This document shows, in pieces, positions 27,817 to 42,122 of a DNA stretch of 64,000 bases. The translations under genes and the position numbers were made by a program. A model generated the notes under the pieces. That model had not been told where the DNA came from. It saw nothing but the letters and a program-made list of their open reading frames with translations, and ran no database searches. The stretch comes from a virus (taxonomy: Duplodnaviria; Caudoviricetes): positions 94,100 through 158,099 of IMG/VR virus record IMGVR_UViG_2706796257_000001. One strand, written 5' to 3'. Every line of letters starts with the position of its first letter. The stretch's first letter is position 1.

Positions 27817-29240
27817 TGCAAAACAACACTCTAAAACACATATCAGATGAATCCAAATATGTAACATTTGACCCAACTAATAGTGGTTTTAATGAAAATA
27901 TAACTAATGTGCAGGATGCTTTATCTGCTATTAGCGTTGATGGTATTTCAGGAGTTCCACAAGCTACGGAAACTGTCGCAGGTAAAGCTAGAATTGCAAC
28001 TCAATTGGAAGTCGACGCTGGTGTTTCTGCGGATACATTTATAACACCAGCAACGTTATCATATAGGATGCAACGTCCAGAAGCGAGTACAACTGTACTT
28101 GGTGTAACTCAATATGCGACTGATGAAGAGGCTATAGCTGGAACTGCTACAAACCGCACTATTGTTGCGTCATCGTTGAAGGCCACAATAGATAATGTTT
28201 TTACAGTCAGAACATCAACTGAAACTTCCAACGGTGTTTTAAAAATATCATCTACACCAGCTGCTCAAGCCGGTGTAGATGATACTACAGCAATGACACC
28301 ATTAAAAACCAAACAAGCTATAGCTGCAGCAACTGCTCTTATTCCAGCTTGGGGACCTGCTACTGAATCAGAGCAAGGTGTAGTTCGTTTGGCAACATTG
28401 TCTCAATTAAGAGACCCTAATATAAGAGACGGTTATTCAGTGTCTCCATTTACGTTGAATCAGTGGCAATCTACTGAGTCAAATTTAGGTGCTATTAAGC
28501 TTGCAACATCAGGTCATATGGATGGAGGTTCTGACCATACAACTGCTGTAACTCCATATCGTTTTGCTTCCACTAGAGCGACAACAGGAAGAGCAGGGAC
28601 AACTATTTTGTCCAATGATTTGAATGGAGATGATTCTAAAGCATTATCAGCTAACTCAGCAGTTCTTCCAAGTAATAGGGCAGCAGTATCAGCTGGAGTA
28701 TATGAACATGATACTGCCGCTGATAACAAGTACATGACACGAAATAATCTTAAAGCTTATTTACCTGTTGGTACTATGACACTTGCTGCTTATAATTACG
28801 ACACCGGTAATTGCTTGAAATGTAATGGCCGTTGGTTAAACAAGCATCAATGGCCTGAATTATTTGCTGTCATTGGATTTACTTACGGCGGAGATTGGGG
28901 AGATAACTTTGCTATTCCTGATATGCGAGGCTTAGTTCCGCGTGGATTTGATGATGGTCGTGGACTGGACCCGGGCCGAGGCTTTGGTAGTTATCAAGAA
29001 GACACGATGCAGCAAATAACTGCCGGATGGACAATGGATGACCAAGCAGTAACTTCAAACTATCCTCCTTCGGGAGCCTGTGAAGCTAGAGATTATGGCT
29101 CTGTCAACTATGACGCAGGTTCTGATGATAGAAAATGGCGCGGATTTAGAATGTATTTCGACTCAGCTAGACAAACTCGAGTTTCTCATGAAACTCGTCA
29201 GAAGAACCTTGCACTTAACTATGTAATTGTAGCTCGATAA
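27816..29240 (+). CDS. 12: short tail fibre gp12
   Basis: NNTLKHISDESKYVTFDP N-terminus, beta-spiral repeats, collar IPDMRGLVPRG. Confidence 0.93.
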   Translation: MQNNTLKHISDESKYVTFDPTNSGFNENITNVQDALSAISVDGISGVPQATETVAGKARIATQLEVDAGVSADTFITPATLSYRMQRPEASTTVLGVTQYATDEEAIAGTATNRTIVASSLKATIDNVFTVRTSTETSNGVLKISSTPAAQAGVDDTTAMTPLKTKQAIAAATALIPAWGPATESEQGVVRLATLSQLRDPNIRDGYSVSPFTLNQWQSTESNLGAIKLATSGHMDGGSDHTTAVTPYRFASTRATTGRAGTTILSNDLNGDDSKALSANSAVLPSNRAAVSAGVYEHDTAADNKYMTRNNLKAYLPVGTMTLAAYNYDTGNCLKCNGRWLNKHQWPELFAVIGFTYGGDWGDNFAIPDMRGLVPRGFDDGRGLDPGRGFGSYQEDTMQQITAGWTMDDQAVTSNYPPSGACEARDYGSVNYDAGSDDRKWRGFRMYFDSARQTRVSHETRQKNLALNYVIVAR

Positions 29241-29250
29241 AGAGGAAAGT

Positions 29251-30642
29251 ATGGAATTAAAGCCATTACCGTTTGTTAATGGCCTTCCAGAAGAAGGCCA
29301 ACAGCGTATAAATTGGATTAAAAATGGGGAGGAACTAACTGGTGCCAGCACGAAATTTGGTACTGATGGTGAACTGAACCGTGGACCCAACCAAGTACAG
29401 GCTAACGTGGTTGTTTTGGATGAAAACGTTAGAAAAATTGGAACGGCTTCTACTGAGATGTCGGCTCAAATAAAAACAATTAATAGCATTTTAGAAGTTT
29501 CTGATAATACAGAAGCTTTGTCCCAAATTGGTAAAAATACAACAGACATCGGTTTATTAAAGCAGTCTGTTACTACTATTCAAGACGGAGTTCTTGAACT
29601 TGATACTAGAACAACTTTCATTGAAGAAGATATTGGAGTTTTTAATTCTTCTTTAGATAGTGTTCATCGTCCTATTCGTGACGATTTATACTGGATTAAA
29701 AAAGAAATTGGCCAATATCCGGGCCAGGATATAAATGGACAAGCTGTAACCGGAAATGAAGCGACCGGGATGAAACGCCGAATTATTAATAACTCTTCAG
29801 CAATTAATAATAACAATGAGCGTTTATCTAAACTCGAGAAATCTTTTTCCGATTCGGATGTAGGTTCTTTAACATCTGAAGTTACCAGCATTAGGGCAGA
29901 ATTAGGGCCGAAGCCTACTGGAACTATTGACCCAATATATTCCCGTTTAACAAAAATGAATGGTAGTATTGGCGGTCTTGCTATTAACATGGAAGACGTC
30001 ATGGATTCCATAGGATATAACTCCGGTGTAACAAGCATTATTGGATTAGTAAATACAAACACTTCCGATATTGTTGGTATAAATGGAAAATTATCTAACT
30101 CAACTACGGGAGTTATACCAAGATTAGATATTGTTGAAGCTAAAATCGGAGACGATGCTTCTACAAATTCAATCAATGGAAGAATAAAAACAAACACTAA
30201 TTCAATTAACAATTTAAATCAAATTGTTGGGGCTGATACTTCTTCCGGATTGAGGGGACAAGTAGCCTGGATAAATCAAACAGTAGGTATTGTTCCTAGT
30301 GGTTCTTCTCCATCTCCGACTTCTGTGATTTATAGAGTAGACCATTTAGAAACTCAACAAGATGCTACTAATAGTTCAATTCAAGATTTACAAATTGAAA
30401 TTGGTAATAACACTGAGGGACTTAAAGGTCAAGTAATTCGTTTAAATACTACTATTAATGGTACTTCTTCTGGCGGGACAGTAGAACAAAAAGGATTGCT
30501 TCCTACGGTCAAAGAGCACGAAGAAAGTATCGATAAAATAAACCTAGATATGCAAAATCTTATTCCAGAAGCCCCGATGGACGGAAAGGCTTATGTGCGT
30601 AGAGATGGTGCATGGGTTGATATTACAACTTTAACTCCATAA
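29251..30642 (+). CDS. wac: fibritin
   Basis: Coiled coil plus foldon [19 protein letters not shown]. Confidence 0.96.
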   Translation: MELKPLPFVNGLPEEGQQRINWIKNGEELTGASTKFGTDGELNRGPNQVQANVVVLDENVRKIGTASTEMSAQIKTINSILEVSDNTEALSQIGKNTTDIGLLKQSVTTIQDGVLELDTRTTFIEEDIGVFNSSLDSVHRPIRDDLYWIKKEIGQYPGQDINGQAVTGNEATGMKRRIINNSSAINNNNERLSKLEKSFSDSDVGSLTSEVTSIRAELGPKPTGTIDPIYSRLTKMNGSIGGLAINMEDVMDSIGYNSGVTSIIGLVNTNTSDIVGINGKLSNSTTGVIPRLDIVEAKIGDDASTNSINGRIKTNTNSINNLNQIVGADTSSGLRGQVAWINQTVGIVPSGSSPSPTSVIYRVDHLETQQDATNSSIQDLQIEIGNNTEGLKGQVIRLNTTINGTSSGGTVEQKGLLPTVKEHEESIDKINLDMQNLIPEAPMDGKAYVRRDGAWVDITTLTP

Positions 30643-30646
30643 TATA

Positions 30647-30664
30647 AAGGGCCGAAAGGCCCTT
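30647..30664 (+). terminator. GNRA hairpin after wac
   Basis: AAGGGCC-GAAA-GGCCCTT, weak U tail. Confidence 0.6.
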
Positions 30665-30673
30665 GAGGTACTT

Positions 30674-31603
30674 ATGTCTATTCACGCTCCACAAAACCCT
30701 AAAGAATTAAAAGACGCTATTTTAACTAGACTTGGCGCTCCAATTTTAAATGTTGAACTCACAGAAGACATGATTTATAATTGCATTCAAAGAGCGCTTG
30801 AATTATTCGGAGAGTATCATTATGATGGTTTAAATAAAGGCTATCATATGTTTTATATTGGTGATGATGAAGAACTTTATAAGCATGGAGTATTTGATTT
30901 AAGAGGTTCAAATATTTTTGCTGTAACTAAGATAGTTCGCACTAATGTTGGCTCTATTACTTCTATGGACGGAAACGCGACTTATCCATGGTTTACTGAT
31001 TTTTTATTAGGAATGGCTGGTATAAATGGCGGAATGGGAAGTTCTTGTAACAAATTTTACGGCCCTAACGCTTTTGGTGCAGACTTGGGGTATTTTACTC
31101 AGTTAATGACTTATATGACTATGATGCAAGACATGCTGTCTCCATTGCCAGATTATTGGTACAATGGAGCTAATGAGCAATTAAAGGTCATGGGTAATTT
31201 CCAGAAACACGATATTATTATCATAGAAGTTTTTACACTAGCTTATTCGGGAGTTGATAAAACTGCTGGAAACAAAGCTGACTATGGATACGCAGGTAAA
31301 GCTGACCAATGGTCTATTTCTGACCAATGGGATAATATGGACAGGTCTTTGCCACAACGGCGTGCAGGAGAAGATGCAAACGTTAAGCAGGGCGCATATA
31401 ATAATCGTTGGGTAAAAGATTATGCGACTACCTTAGCGAAAGAACTTCTAGGCCAGGTTTTAGCTAAACACCAAGGAATGCAATTACCCGGTGGAGTCAC
31501 TCTAAACGGAGAGAGATTGTTAGACGAAGCTGAAAGAGAAAAAGAAAGATTGCGGGAAGAATTATATTTACTCGATCCTCCTTTTGGGATTTTGATTGGT
31601 TAA
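30674..31603 (+). CDS. 13: neck protein gp13
   Basis: [23 protein letters not shown]. Confidence 0.96.
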   Translation: MSIHAPQNPKELKDAILTRLGAPILNVELTEDMIYNCIQRALELFGEYHYDGLNKGYHMFYIGDDEELYKHGVFDLRGSNIFAVTKIVRTNVGSITSMDGNATYPWFTDFLLGMAGINGGMGSSCNKFYGPNAFGADLGYFTQLMTYMTMMQDMLSPLPDYWYNGANEQLKVMGNFQKHDIIIIEVFTLAYSGVDKTAGNKADYGYAGKADQWSISDQWDNMDRSLPQRRAGEDANVKQGAYNNRWVKDYATTLAKELLGQVLAKHQGMQLPGGVTLNGERLLDEAEREKERLREELYLLDPPFGILIG

Positions 31604-31619
31604 TTGAGAGGAATTAAAA

Positions 31620-32390
31620 ATGATGAATAATAATTTATTCGCAAAGTTAGAAAATAAAAACGGATATGAAAAAACAAATGTTGCTAATATTCTCAATCCG
31701 TATGTAAATTTTAACGGGCATAAAAACACCCAATCATTGGCAGACACTCTTGTAGCTGAATCAATTCAAATGCGCGGCGTGGAATGCTATTATATTCCAA
31801 GAGAATATGTTAAACCTGACCAGTTATTTGGAGAAGACTTACAAAATAAATTTACTAAAGCTTGGATGTTTGCTGCTTATGTTAACTCATTTGAAGGATA
31901 TGAAGGAGCTAACTCATTTTTTAGTAAATTCGGTATGCAAGTTTCCGACGAAATAACTTTATCTATAAATCCTGGATTATTTAAGCACCAAACCAATGGA
32001 ACTGAGCCAAAGGAAGGAGATTTAATTTATTTCAAAATGGATAATAGTTTGTTTGAAATAAATTGGGTTGAACCTTACGACCCGTTCTACCAAGTTGGAA
32101 CTAACTCAATTCGTAAAATAACAGCAGGTAAATTTATTTACTCAGGCGAAGAACTTAATCCAGAATTGCAAAAAAATCCTGGTATTGAAATTCCAGAATT
32201 TAGCGAATTGGATTTATCTCCGGTTAAAAATCTTGATGGTCTTGCTGATATTGGAGAAATTCAATATGAGGAAGTCGACCAGATTAATAAAGAAGCTTCT
32301 GAATTTGTTAAAGAATATGTAGTAATAAACGGACGCGGCATTAATGACCCGCAGAACGCTAGCCCATTTGATGATGGTTTTATGTCATAA
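31620..32390 (+). CDS. 14: neck protein gp14
   Basis: [25 protein letters not shown]. Confidence 0.96.
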   Translation: MMNNNLFAKLENKNGYEKTNVANILNPYVNFNGHKNTQSLADTLVAESIQMRGVECYYIPREYVKPDQLFGEDLQNKFTKAWMFAAYVNSFEGYEGANSFFSKFGMQVSDEITLSINPGLFKHQTNGTEPKEGDLIYFKMDNSLFEINWVEPYDPFYQVGTNSIRKITAGKFIYSGEELNPELQKNPGIEIPEFSELDLSPVKNLDGLADIGEIQYEEVDQINKEASEFVKEYVVINGRGINDPQNASPFDDGFMS

Positions 32391-32437
32391 ATATAATTAT
32401 AAACATACTAGGCCCTTAGTGGCCTTTGGAGAAAAAA

Positions 32438-33277
32438 TTGTTCGGACATTTTTATAACTCGTCTTTCAGACGGTACATTTTGCTTATGGGTGATTTATTC
32501 TCTAATATTCAAGTAGCAAGAACCCGCGAAGACACTGGAACTAGATACATAAAAGTCCCTGTTACTTATGCATCAAAAGAACATTTTATGATGAAACTTA
32601 ACAAATGGACTTCAGTTAACTCTCAACAAGATGTTGCTAAGGTTGAAACAATTCTTCCACGAATTAATTTACATCTCGTTGATGTTATGTATAACGGAAC
32701 ATATAAAACTAATATATCTAATAGGACTGCTCTTCAACAAGCTGATCCTAAACCAACTACTATTTCTCAATTTAATCCAACTCCATATAAAATGATTTTT
32801 GAATTGGGAATTTTTACGCGGTATGAAGATGATATGTATCAAATTGTTGAGCAGATACTTCCATATTTTCAACCTCATTTCAACACTACAATGACCGAAC
32901 AATTCGGTGATGAGATTGAATTCGAACGAGATATTAGAATTGTTTTTCAATCTATATCAGTAGATGAACAAATTGATGGAGACAACATCAGTAGACGTAG
33001 ACTTGAATGGTCTATTATGTTTGAAGTTCAAGGCTGGATGTATCCGCCGCAGCGTGATATTAAAGGCGAAATCAGAACAGTTTATTTGGATTTTCATGCT
33101 AATACCCGTGAATTAGTTCCAGAAGGAATTTTCGAATCCGTTGACTCAGAAGTTGAACCACGGGATGTCAATGTTCAGGATTGGAACGGAGACTCTAAAC
33201 AAACTTATTCTTCTAATATACCTATTCCTACTCCGCCTGCCCCTCCAGGGCCAAGAATTATAAAAGAAGATGATTAG
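32438..33277 (+). CDS. 15: tail sheath terminator gp15
   Basis: TTG start (MFGHFYNSSFRRY), EQILPYFQP. Confidence 0.95.
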   Translation: MFGHFYNSSFRRYILLMGDLFSNIQVARTREDTGTRYIKVPVTYASKEHFMMKLNKWTSVNSQQDVAKVETILPRINLHLVDVMYNGTYKTNISNRTALQQADPKPTTISQFNPTPYKMIFELGIFTRYEDDMYQIVEQILPYFQPHFNTTMTEQFGDEIEFERDIRIVFQSISVDEQIDGDNISRRRLEWSIMFEVQGWMYPPQRDIKGEIRTVYLDFHANTRELVPEGIFESVDSEVEPRDVNVQDWNGDSKQTYSSNIPIPTPPAPPGPRIIKEDD

Positions 33278-33286
33278 TGAGGAAAA

Positions 33287-35603
<2,317 letters not shown>

Positions 35604-35633
35604 TACTAAAGCACACATCTAGAGGATTTATTC

Positions 35634-37610
35634 ATGGCTTTACTCTCGCCGGGCGTTGAGCTCAAAGAAACTAGTGTACAAAGCACTATTGTTAATAATG
35701 CTACAGGCCGTGCCGCTATCGCTGGTAAATTTCAATGGGGTCCTGCATTTCAGGTAATTCAGGTAACCAATGAAGTTGAACTCGTCGATTTATTTGGTAC
35801 TCCTAATAGCGAAACTGCTGATTATTTTATGTCAGCTATGAACTTCTTGCAATACGGTAATGATTTACGTGTAGCACGTGCAGTTAATCGGGATGTGGCG
35901 AAAAACTCTTCTCCTATTGCAGAAAATATTGAAACCACAATTTCCGCGGCTGGTTCTAACTATGCAGTTGGCGATGTTATCCGTGTACGTCATAATATGG
36001 ATGTAATTGAAACTGCTGGTAAAGTTACTCGTGTAGATGCTGACGGTAAAATTCTGGGAGTGTATATTCCTACTGGTAAAATTATCGCTTATGCGAAAAG
36101 TACTAACCAATATCCAGACCTAGGTCCAAACTGGACTGCAGAAATAGCTTCAAGTTCTTCTGGCGTATCTGGTACTATTACTCTTGGAAAAATTATCACT
36201 GATTCTGGTATTTTGTTAACTGAACCTGAAAATGCTTATGAAGCTATTCGTAATACCACTTTCCAGAACAATTTGAAAAAATATGGTATGCCGGGTGTAG
36301 TTGCTCTTTATCCAGGTGAAATCGGCTCTCAACTTGAAATTGAAATTGTTTCAAAAGCTACGTATGAAAAGGGCGCGGCATCTGAACTTTCAATTTATCC
36401 AACGGGCGGAACTCGAGTTACTACCGCACGGGCAGTATTTGGTTATGGTCCACAAACTGATGACCAATACGCGATTATTGTTCGCCGTGATGGAGCAATT
36501 GTAGAGTCATCTGTTCTTTCAACTAAAGAAGGCGAAAAAGACATTTACGGAAATAACATCTATATGGATGATTATTTTGCCAAAGGTTCTAGTAACTATA
36601 TTTTTGGAACAGCAATAGGCTGGCCTAAAGGTTTTTCTGGCATCATCAAATTGAACGGCGGCATTTCTGCGAACTCAGCTGTTACCGCGGGCGATGTAAT
36701 GCAAGCATGGGATTTATTTGCGGACCGCGAAGCATTGCATGTTAACTTGCTTATTGCTGGTGCGTCTGCGGGTGAAAGTTTAGAATTTGCTTCTACTGTT
36801 CAGAAACATGTAGTTTCTATTGCCGACGAACGCCAAGATTGTCTTGCTTTAATTTCTCCTCCGCGTGAAATTATCGTAAATATTCCGTTAACTCGTGCTA
36901 TTGATAACTTGGTTAACTGGCGTACAGCAACGGCAGCTTATACCGATGATAACATGAACATCAGTTCAACTTACGCATTTATTGATGGTAACTATAAATA
37001 TCAATATGATAAGTACAATGATGTTAACCGTTGGGTGCCACTTTCTGCTGATATGGCGGGTCTGTGCGCTCGTACTGATAATGTTAGTCAGCCTTGGATG
37101 TCTCCAGCTGGTTATAACCGTGGTCAAATTCTGAACGTAATTAAACTAGCTGTTGAAGCTCGTCAACCGCAACGCGACCGTTTGTATCAAGAAGCAATTA
37201 ACCCGGTTACTGGCACAGGTGGTGATGGTTTTGTTCTGTTTGGCGATAAAACTGCTACCAAAGTTCCAACTCCATTTGACCGGGTTAACGTCCGTCGTTT
37301 GTTTAATATGCTGAAAACGAATATCGGTAATTCATCGAAATATCGTCTGTTTGAGATTAACGATAACTTTACTCGTTCTTCTTTCCGCATGGAAACTAGT
37401 CAGTATTTGCAGGGAATTAAAGCTCTTGGTGGTATGTATGAGTATCGTGTAGTTTGTGATACTACTAATAACACCCCATCGGTCATCGATCGTAATGAGT
37501 TTGTTGCTTCGTTCTATATCAAACCTGCGCGCAGCATCAATTTTATTACGCTTAATTTCGTGGCAACTGCTACTGGCGCTGACTTCGACGAACTGGTTGG
37601 TCCTCAGTAA
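35634..37610 (+). CDS. 18: tail sheath gp18
   Basis: MALLSPGVELKETS; DRVNVRRLF; IKPARSINFITLNF. Confidence 0.98.
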   Translation: MALLSPGVELKETSVQSTIVNNATGRAAIAGKFQWGPAFQVIQVTNEVELVDLFGTPNSETADYFMSAMNFLQYGNDLRVARAVNRDVAKNSSPIAENIETTISAAGSNYAVGDVIRVRHNMDVIETAGKVTRVDADGKILGVYIPTGKIIAYAKSTNQYPDLGPNWTAEIASSSSGVSGTITLGKIITDSGILLTEPENAYEAIRNTTFQNNLKKYGMPGVVALYPGEIGSQLEIEIVSKATYEKGAASELSIYPTGGTRVTTARAVFGYGPQTDDQYAIIVRRDGAIVESSVLSTKEGEKDIYGNNIYMDDYFAKGSSNYIFGTAIGWPKGFSGIIKLNGGISANSAVTAGDVMQAWDLFADREALHVNLLIAGASAGESLEFASTVQKHVVSIADERQDCLALISPPREIIVNIPLTRAIDNLVNWRTATAAYTDDNMNISSTYAFIDGNYKYQYDKYNDVNRWVPLSADMAGLCARTDNVSQPWMSPAGYNRGQILNVIKLAVEARQPQRDRLYQEAINPVTGTGGDGFVLFGDKTATKVPTPFDRVNVRRLFNMLKTNIGNSSKYRLFEINDNFTRSSFRMETSQYLQGIKALGGMYEYRVVCDTTNNTPSVIDRNEFVASFYIKPARSINFITLNFVATATGADFDELVGPQ

Positions 37611-37729
37611 TTCTAGAATGGTTTAGGGACCCTCTTATGGGGGTCCATAAATACATACAGAAAATATTTTTAAATTAAACCTGATGGCTCTGGTGAACAA
37701 AGAGCCATATAAATAGAATAGAGGCTAAT

Positions 37730-38221
37730 ATGTTTCTTGATGATATGACTCGTGCATTTGAGTCTGGCGACTTAGCTCGTCCTAACTTGTTTGAAGTAGA
37801 AATTCCGTACCTTGGCAGAAACTTTAGCTTTAAATGTAAAGCTGCTCCAATGCCCGCTGGTATCGTAGAAAAAGTACCAGTTGGTTATATGAACCGTAAA
37901 ATCAACTTAGCTGGTGACCGTACATTTGATGATTGGACTGTGACTATCTATAACGATGATGCTCATACTACTCGTCAAGCTATCGTTGACTGGCAGGCTA
38001 TCTGTCATGGTCAAGGCAACGAAATTACTGGCGGTACTCCGGCTGAATATAAGAAAACTGCGGTTGTTCGTCAATACCATCGTGATGGTAAGACAGTAAC
38101 TAAAGAAGTAACAATCACCGGGCTGTGGCCAACTAACGTTGGTGAAGTACAAATGGATTGGGATTCGAATAACGAGATAGAAACGTTTGAAGTAACGTTT
38201 GCGATGGACTGGTGGTTGTAA
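37730..38221 (+). CDS. 19: tail tube gp19
   Basis: ARPNLFEV, AGDRTFDDWTVT. Confidence 0.98.
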   Translation: MFLDDMTRAFESGDLARPNLFEVEIPYLGRNFSFKCKAAPMPAGIVEKVPVGYMNRKINLAGDRTFDDWTVTIYNDDAHTTRQAIVDWQAICHGQGNEITGGTPAEYKKTAVVRQYHRDGKTVTKEVTITGLWPTNVGEVQMDWDSNNEIETFEVTFAMDWWL

Positions 38222-38281
38222 TAAATATATTCAAACCTCAACTTCATTGTTTGAATATGTTGCACTTATCTTACAATTTAT

Positions 38282-38310
38282 ACGGGGAATAAACTTCCCC
38301 GTCATTTTTT
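38282..38310 (+). terminator. terminator after gene 19
   Basis: ACGGGGAA-TAAAC-TTCCCCGT-CATTTTTT. Confidence 0.8.
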
Positions 38311-38369
38311 AGATGCTGCAAAACTGTTATAAATAAGTATATGCTTATTACCCTTTCACGGAGACTCTA

Positions 38370-39935
38370 ATGAATTTCAATATTTTAAGTCTTTTTGCTC
38401 CTTGGGCGAAAGAAGACGAACAAAATTATAAAGAACAAATTAAAAATGACTTAGAGTCTATTACTGCTCCAAAACTGGATGACGGTGCGCATGAGATTGA
38501 GTCTTCAGCCAATGAAGCTTCTTATAACGGCCTGTTCCAAAAAATGCTAGGAAGTCATGAACCTGGCATGAAAAATACCAGGGAGCTTATCAATACATAC
38601 CGTAATTTGATGAATAATTACGAAGTTGATAACGCTGTACAAGAAATAGTAATGGATTCTATCGTATACGAAGACGGTCATGAAGTTGTTGCTATTGAGC
38701 TTGATACAACGGATTTTAGTCAACGTATAAAAGACCGGATTATTGAAGAATTTAACGAAGTTTTAAATTGTCTTAATTTTCAAAGAAAAGGCGCTGACCA
38801 TTTTAGGCGTTGGTATATCGATTCCAGAATTTTCTTTCACAAAATAATAAATCCAAAAAACGTCAAAGAAGGAATTCAGGAGCTCCGTCGTTTAGACCCA
38901 CGAAATGTTCAATATATCAGAGAAGTTGTAACTGATATGGAACAAGGAGTAAAAATTGTAAAAGGGTATAAAGAATATTTTATATACGACACCGGTAATG
39001 AGTCTTATCAATGCGACGGCAGAATATATGATGCCGGCACAAAAATAAAAATTCCTAAATCTGCTGTAGTATATGCTCATTCTGGTCTAGTAGATTGTAC
39101 TGGACAAAATATAATCGGATATTTGCATCGGGCTGTTAAACCAGCTAACCAACTGAAATTGATGGAAGATGCTTTAGTTATTTACCGTATTACCCGTGCT
39201 CCTGACCGTCGTGTATTTTATATTGATACAGGGAATATGCCTTCACGAAAGGCCGCGCAGCACATGCAAAATATCATGAACACGATGAAAAACCGTGTTG
39301 TATATGATGCATCTACAGGTAAAATTAAAAATCAGCAACACAATATGTCCATGACGGAAGATTATTGGTTGCAACGTCGTGACGGAAAAGCAGTAACAGA
39401 AATTGATACTCTTCCGGGTATGTCAGGAATGAGTGATATGGATGACGTTCGTTGGTTCAGAAACGCTCTTTATATGGCTTTACGAGTTCCATTATCTCGT
39501 ATTCCTAACGACCAACAAGGCGGAGTTCAATTCGACGCTGGCACATCTATTACTAGAGACGAATTAAGTTTTACAAAATTTATCCGTGAGCTTCAGCATA
39601 AATTTGAAGAAATCTTCTTAGACCCTCTTAAAACTAATTTAATTTTAAAAGGCGTAATTACTGAAGATGAGTGGAATGATGAAATAAATAATATTAAGAT
39701 TTCATTCCACCGCGATTCATATTTCTCCGAGCTTAAAGACGCTGAAATCATGGAACGCAGAATCAATATGCTTCAGATGGCCGAACCATTTATTGGTAAA
39801 TATATTTCGCATCGTTCAGCTATGAAAGATATTCTTCATATGAGCGATGAGGAAATTGAACAAGAGGCTAAGCAAATTGAACAAGAGTCTAAAGAGGCTC
39901 GTTACCAAGACCCAGAAAATCAAGAGGATTTCTAA
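38370..39935 (+). CDS. 20: portal protein gp20
   Basis: [29 protein letters not shown]. Confidence 0.98.
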   Translation: MNFNILSLFAPWAKEDEQNYKEQIKNDLESITAPKLDDGAHEIESSANEASYNGLFQKMLGSHEPGMKNTRELINTYRNLMNNYEVDNAVQEIVMDSIVYEDGHEVVAIELDTTDFSQRIKDRIIEEFNEVLNCLNFQRKGADHFRRWYIDSRIFFHKIINPKNVKEGIQELRRLDPRNVQYIREVVTDMEQGVKIVKGYKEYFIYDTGNESYQCDGRIYDAGTKIKIPKSAVVYAHSGLVDCTGQNIIGYLHRAVKPANQLKLMEDALVIYRITRAPDRRVFYIDTGNMPSRKAAQHMQNIMNTMKNRVVYDASTGKIKNQQHNMSMTEDYWLQRRDGKAVTEIDTLPGMSGMSDMDDVRWFRNALYMALRVPLSRIPNDQQGGVQFDAGTSITRDELSFTKFIRELQHKFEEIFLDPLKTNLILKGVITEDEWNDEINNIKISFHRDSYFSELKDAEIMERRINMLQMAEPFIGKYISHRSAMKDILHMSDEEIEQEAKQIEQESKEARYQDPENQEDF

Positions 39936-40177
39936 TGGAAAGTCAATTTATTTCCGCATGCTTATCCAACGACCTCGTTCAGGCACGTAAGCTTTTTGAA
40001 AGCATCATGCTTGAAAGGACCACGGATTTAATTGGCGAACGCAAAGTTGAAATTGCGCGTTCGTTTTTAATTGAAGGCGAAGAGCCAAAAGACGAAGATG
40101 AGTCAGATGAAAAAGATAAAAAAGAATCTGACGACGCCGATGAAGGCGATGACGAAGATGAAGATGAGGATGACTAA
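39935..40177 (+). CDS. 67: prohead core gp67
   Basis: [15 protein letters not shown] plus acidic tail. Confidence 0.92.
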   Translation: MESQFISACLSNDLVQARKLFESIMLERTTDLIGERKVEIARSFLIEGEEPKDEDESDEKDKKESDDADEGDDEDEDEDD

Positions 40178-40602
40178 TGTTTCTTATCCCTGAAGACCAT
40201 GAATTAGTAATCGAAAATGTCGAGACTCTTATTCCAGAAGCTCAGGGCCGTTACGAGTCATTATCAAAAGCGTTAAGCAAAGACGATATAAATACAATTG
40301 TAGAAAACATGATTGAAACCGATACCGATTTAGCAATTGCACTCGGTTCAATTAACGAAGATATGCAAATTAACGAATTTATCGTTAAGCATGTTTCTAG
40401 TAAAGGCGAAATAACTCGAACTAAAGACCGAGTTACTAGAGCTAGAAACGCATTTCAAACTACAGGATTGTCTAAAGCTAAACGCCGCCAAATTGCTCGT
40501 AAGGCGACCAAGTCAAAACGTGCTAATCCGTCAGGACAAGCTCGTGGACTTCGTAAACGTAAGAAAGCTATGAAGCGCCGCAAAGCGTTAGGATTAAGCT
40601 AA
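40177..40602 (+). CDS. 68: prohead core gp68
   Basis: [18 protein letters not shown]. Confidence 0.95.
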   Translation: MFLIPEDHELVIENVETLIPEAQGRYESLSKALSKDDINTIVENMIETDTDLAIALGSINEDMQINEFIVKHVSSKGEITRTKDRVTRARNAFQTTGLSKAKRRQIARKATKSKRANPSGQARGLRKRKKAMKRRKALGLS

Positions 40603-41246
40603 TGAATGAGCCCCAATTATTAATTGAAAATTGGGGTCAACCGGGCGAAGTAATTGATGGTGTACCGATGTTAGAGTCGCATGATGGCTCATCTTCCGGT
40701 CTTAAACCGGGATTATACATCGAGGGAATATTCCTCCAAGCTGAAGTCGTGAACCGTAATAAGCGTCTTTATCCAAAACGTATCTTGGAAAAAGCTGTCG
40801 CTAATTACATGAAAGAACAAGTTCAGACTAAGCAAGCATTAGGAGAATTAAACCATCCGCCTCGCGCTAATGTTGACCCTATGCAAGCCGCTATAATTAT
40901 AGAAGATATGTGGTGGAAAGGAAACGACGTATACGGACGAGCTCGTATTATTGAAGGTGACCATGGTCCTGGAGATAAATTAGCAGCTAATATCCGAGCG
41001 GGTTGGATTCCGGGTGTTTCAAGTCGTGGACTTGGTTCTTTGACTGAAACTAATAAAGGTTATAAGATTGTGAACGAAGGTTTTAAACTTACTGTAGGCG
41101 TTGATGCAGTATGGGGACCTTCCGCTCCAGATGCTTGGGTGACTCCGAAACAAATTTCGGAAGGCACACAAGATTCGGCACCAGCTGCCAAGAAAAGTGC
41201 TGATGAAGCATTTAAGACTCTCGCAGAGAGTTTAAAAGCATTATAA
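40602..41246 (+). CDS. 21: prohead protease gp21
   Basis: GELNHP, GVSSRGLGS. Confidence 0.97.
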   Translation: MNEPQLLIENWGQPGEVIDGVPMLESHDGSSSGLKPGLYIEGIFLQAEVVNRNKRLYPKRILEKAVANYMKEQVQTKQALGELNHPPRANVDPMQAAIIIEDMWWKGNDVYGRARIIEGDHGPGDKLAANIRAGWIPGVSSRGLGSLTETNKGYKIVNEGFKLTVGVDAVWGPSAPDAWVTPKQISEGTQDSAPAAKKSADEAFKTLAESLKAL

Positions 41247-41279
41247 ATAATAATGTAACTTAACAACAGGAACATCAAA

Positions 41280-42101
41280 ATGCTGAAACAAGAACTTATC
41301 GCTGAATCCGGTGCGCTGGAAATCGCGGTAGAACTCGACAGCGTTTTCGAATCAGTTGAACTTTCTCCGGAAGTAAAAGCTAACTTCAGCACTGTATTCG
41401 AAGCCGCAGTTAAAAAAGGTGCCGCTGACCTGGCAGAAAAACGTATTAATGCTCTGGTAGAAGCAGCAGAAGAAAAAGTTAAAGACGAAAAAGAAAAAGC
41501 CGAAGAAGAAGCTGAAAAGAAAATCACAGAAGCTGCTTCTAAATTTTTCGACCATTTGGCCAAACAATGGCTGAGCGAAAACCAGATTGCTGTTGACCGT
41601 GGTATTAAATCTGAGTTGTTCGAATCTATGCTTTCTGGAATGAAAGAACTCTTCGTTGAACACAACGTTGTAGTCCCAGAAGAAAGCGTTGACGTTGTCG
41701 CTGAAATGGAAGAAGAACTAGCTGAGCAGAAAGAAGAAACTGCGCGTCTGTTCGAAGAAGTTTCAATGCGTGATGCTTATATCAATTATGTAAGTCGTAC
41801 CGTTGCTGTTAATGAAGCCGTTAAAGACCTGACTGAATCTCAGAAAGAAAAAGTTGAATCTTTAACTGAAGGTATGGAATATTCCGATGCTTTTGGTTAT
41901 AAACTTGAAGCAATCGTAGAAATGGTCAAAGGTAGTTTTTCAGAAAATGCGGCAGTAAATGAAAGCATAAATACTGTTGATACTGAGGCAACTGGCCTTA
42001 ATTTCGTAACTGAAGCGGTCGCTGAACCGTCTGATCCGGCAGAAAAAGTAGTAGCTCCTTCAATGGCAGCATACTTAGCTGGTGCAAAACGTCTCTATTA
42101 A
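41280..42101 (+). CDS. 22: scaffold gp22
   Basis: Glu-rich coiled coil, LFVEHNVVVPEE. Confidence 0.96.
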   Translation: MLKQELIAESGALEIAVELDSVFESVELSPEVKANFSTVFEAAVKKGAADLAEKRINALVEAAEEKVKDEKEKAEEEAEKKITEAASKFFDHLAKQWLSENQIAVDRGIKSELFESMLSGMKELFVEHNVVVPEESVDVVAEMEEELAEQKEETARLFEEVSMRDAYINYVSRTVAVNEAVKDLTESQKEKVESLTEGMEYSDAFGYKLEAIVEMVKGSFSENAAVNESINTVDTEATGLNFVTEAVAEPSDPAEKVVAPSMAAYLAGAKRLY

Positions 42102-42122
42102 TTTAACAAGGTTATACAACAC

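Noticed and set aside
41060-41665. 201-aa antisense ORF over genes 21/22 (likewise 29664-30212 and other shadow ORFs)
   Set aside because: Fully overlap conserved structural genes on the opposite strand; low-complexity mirror composition
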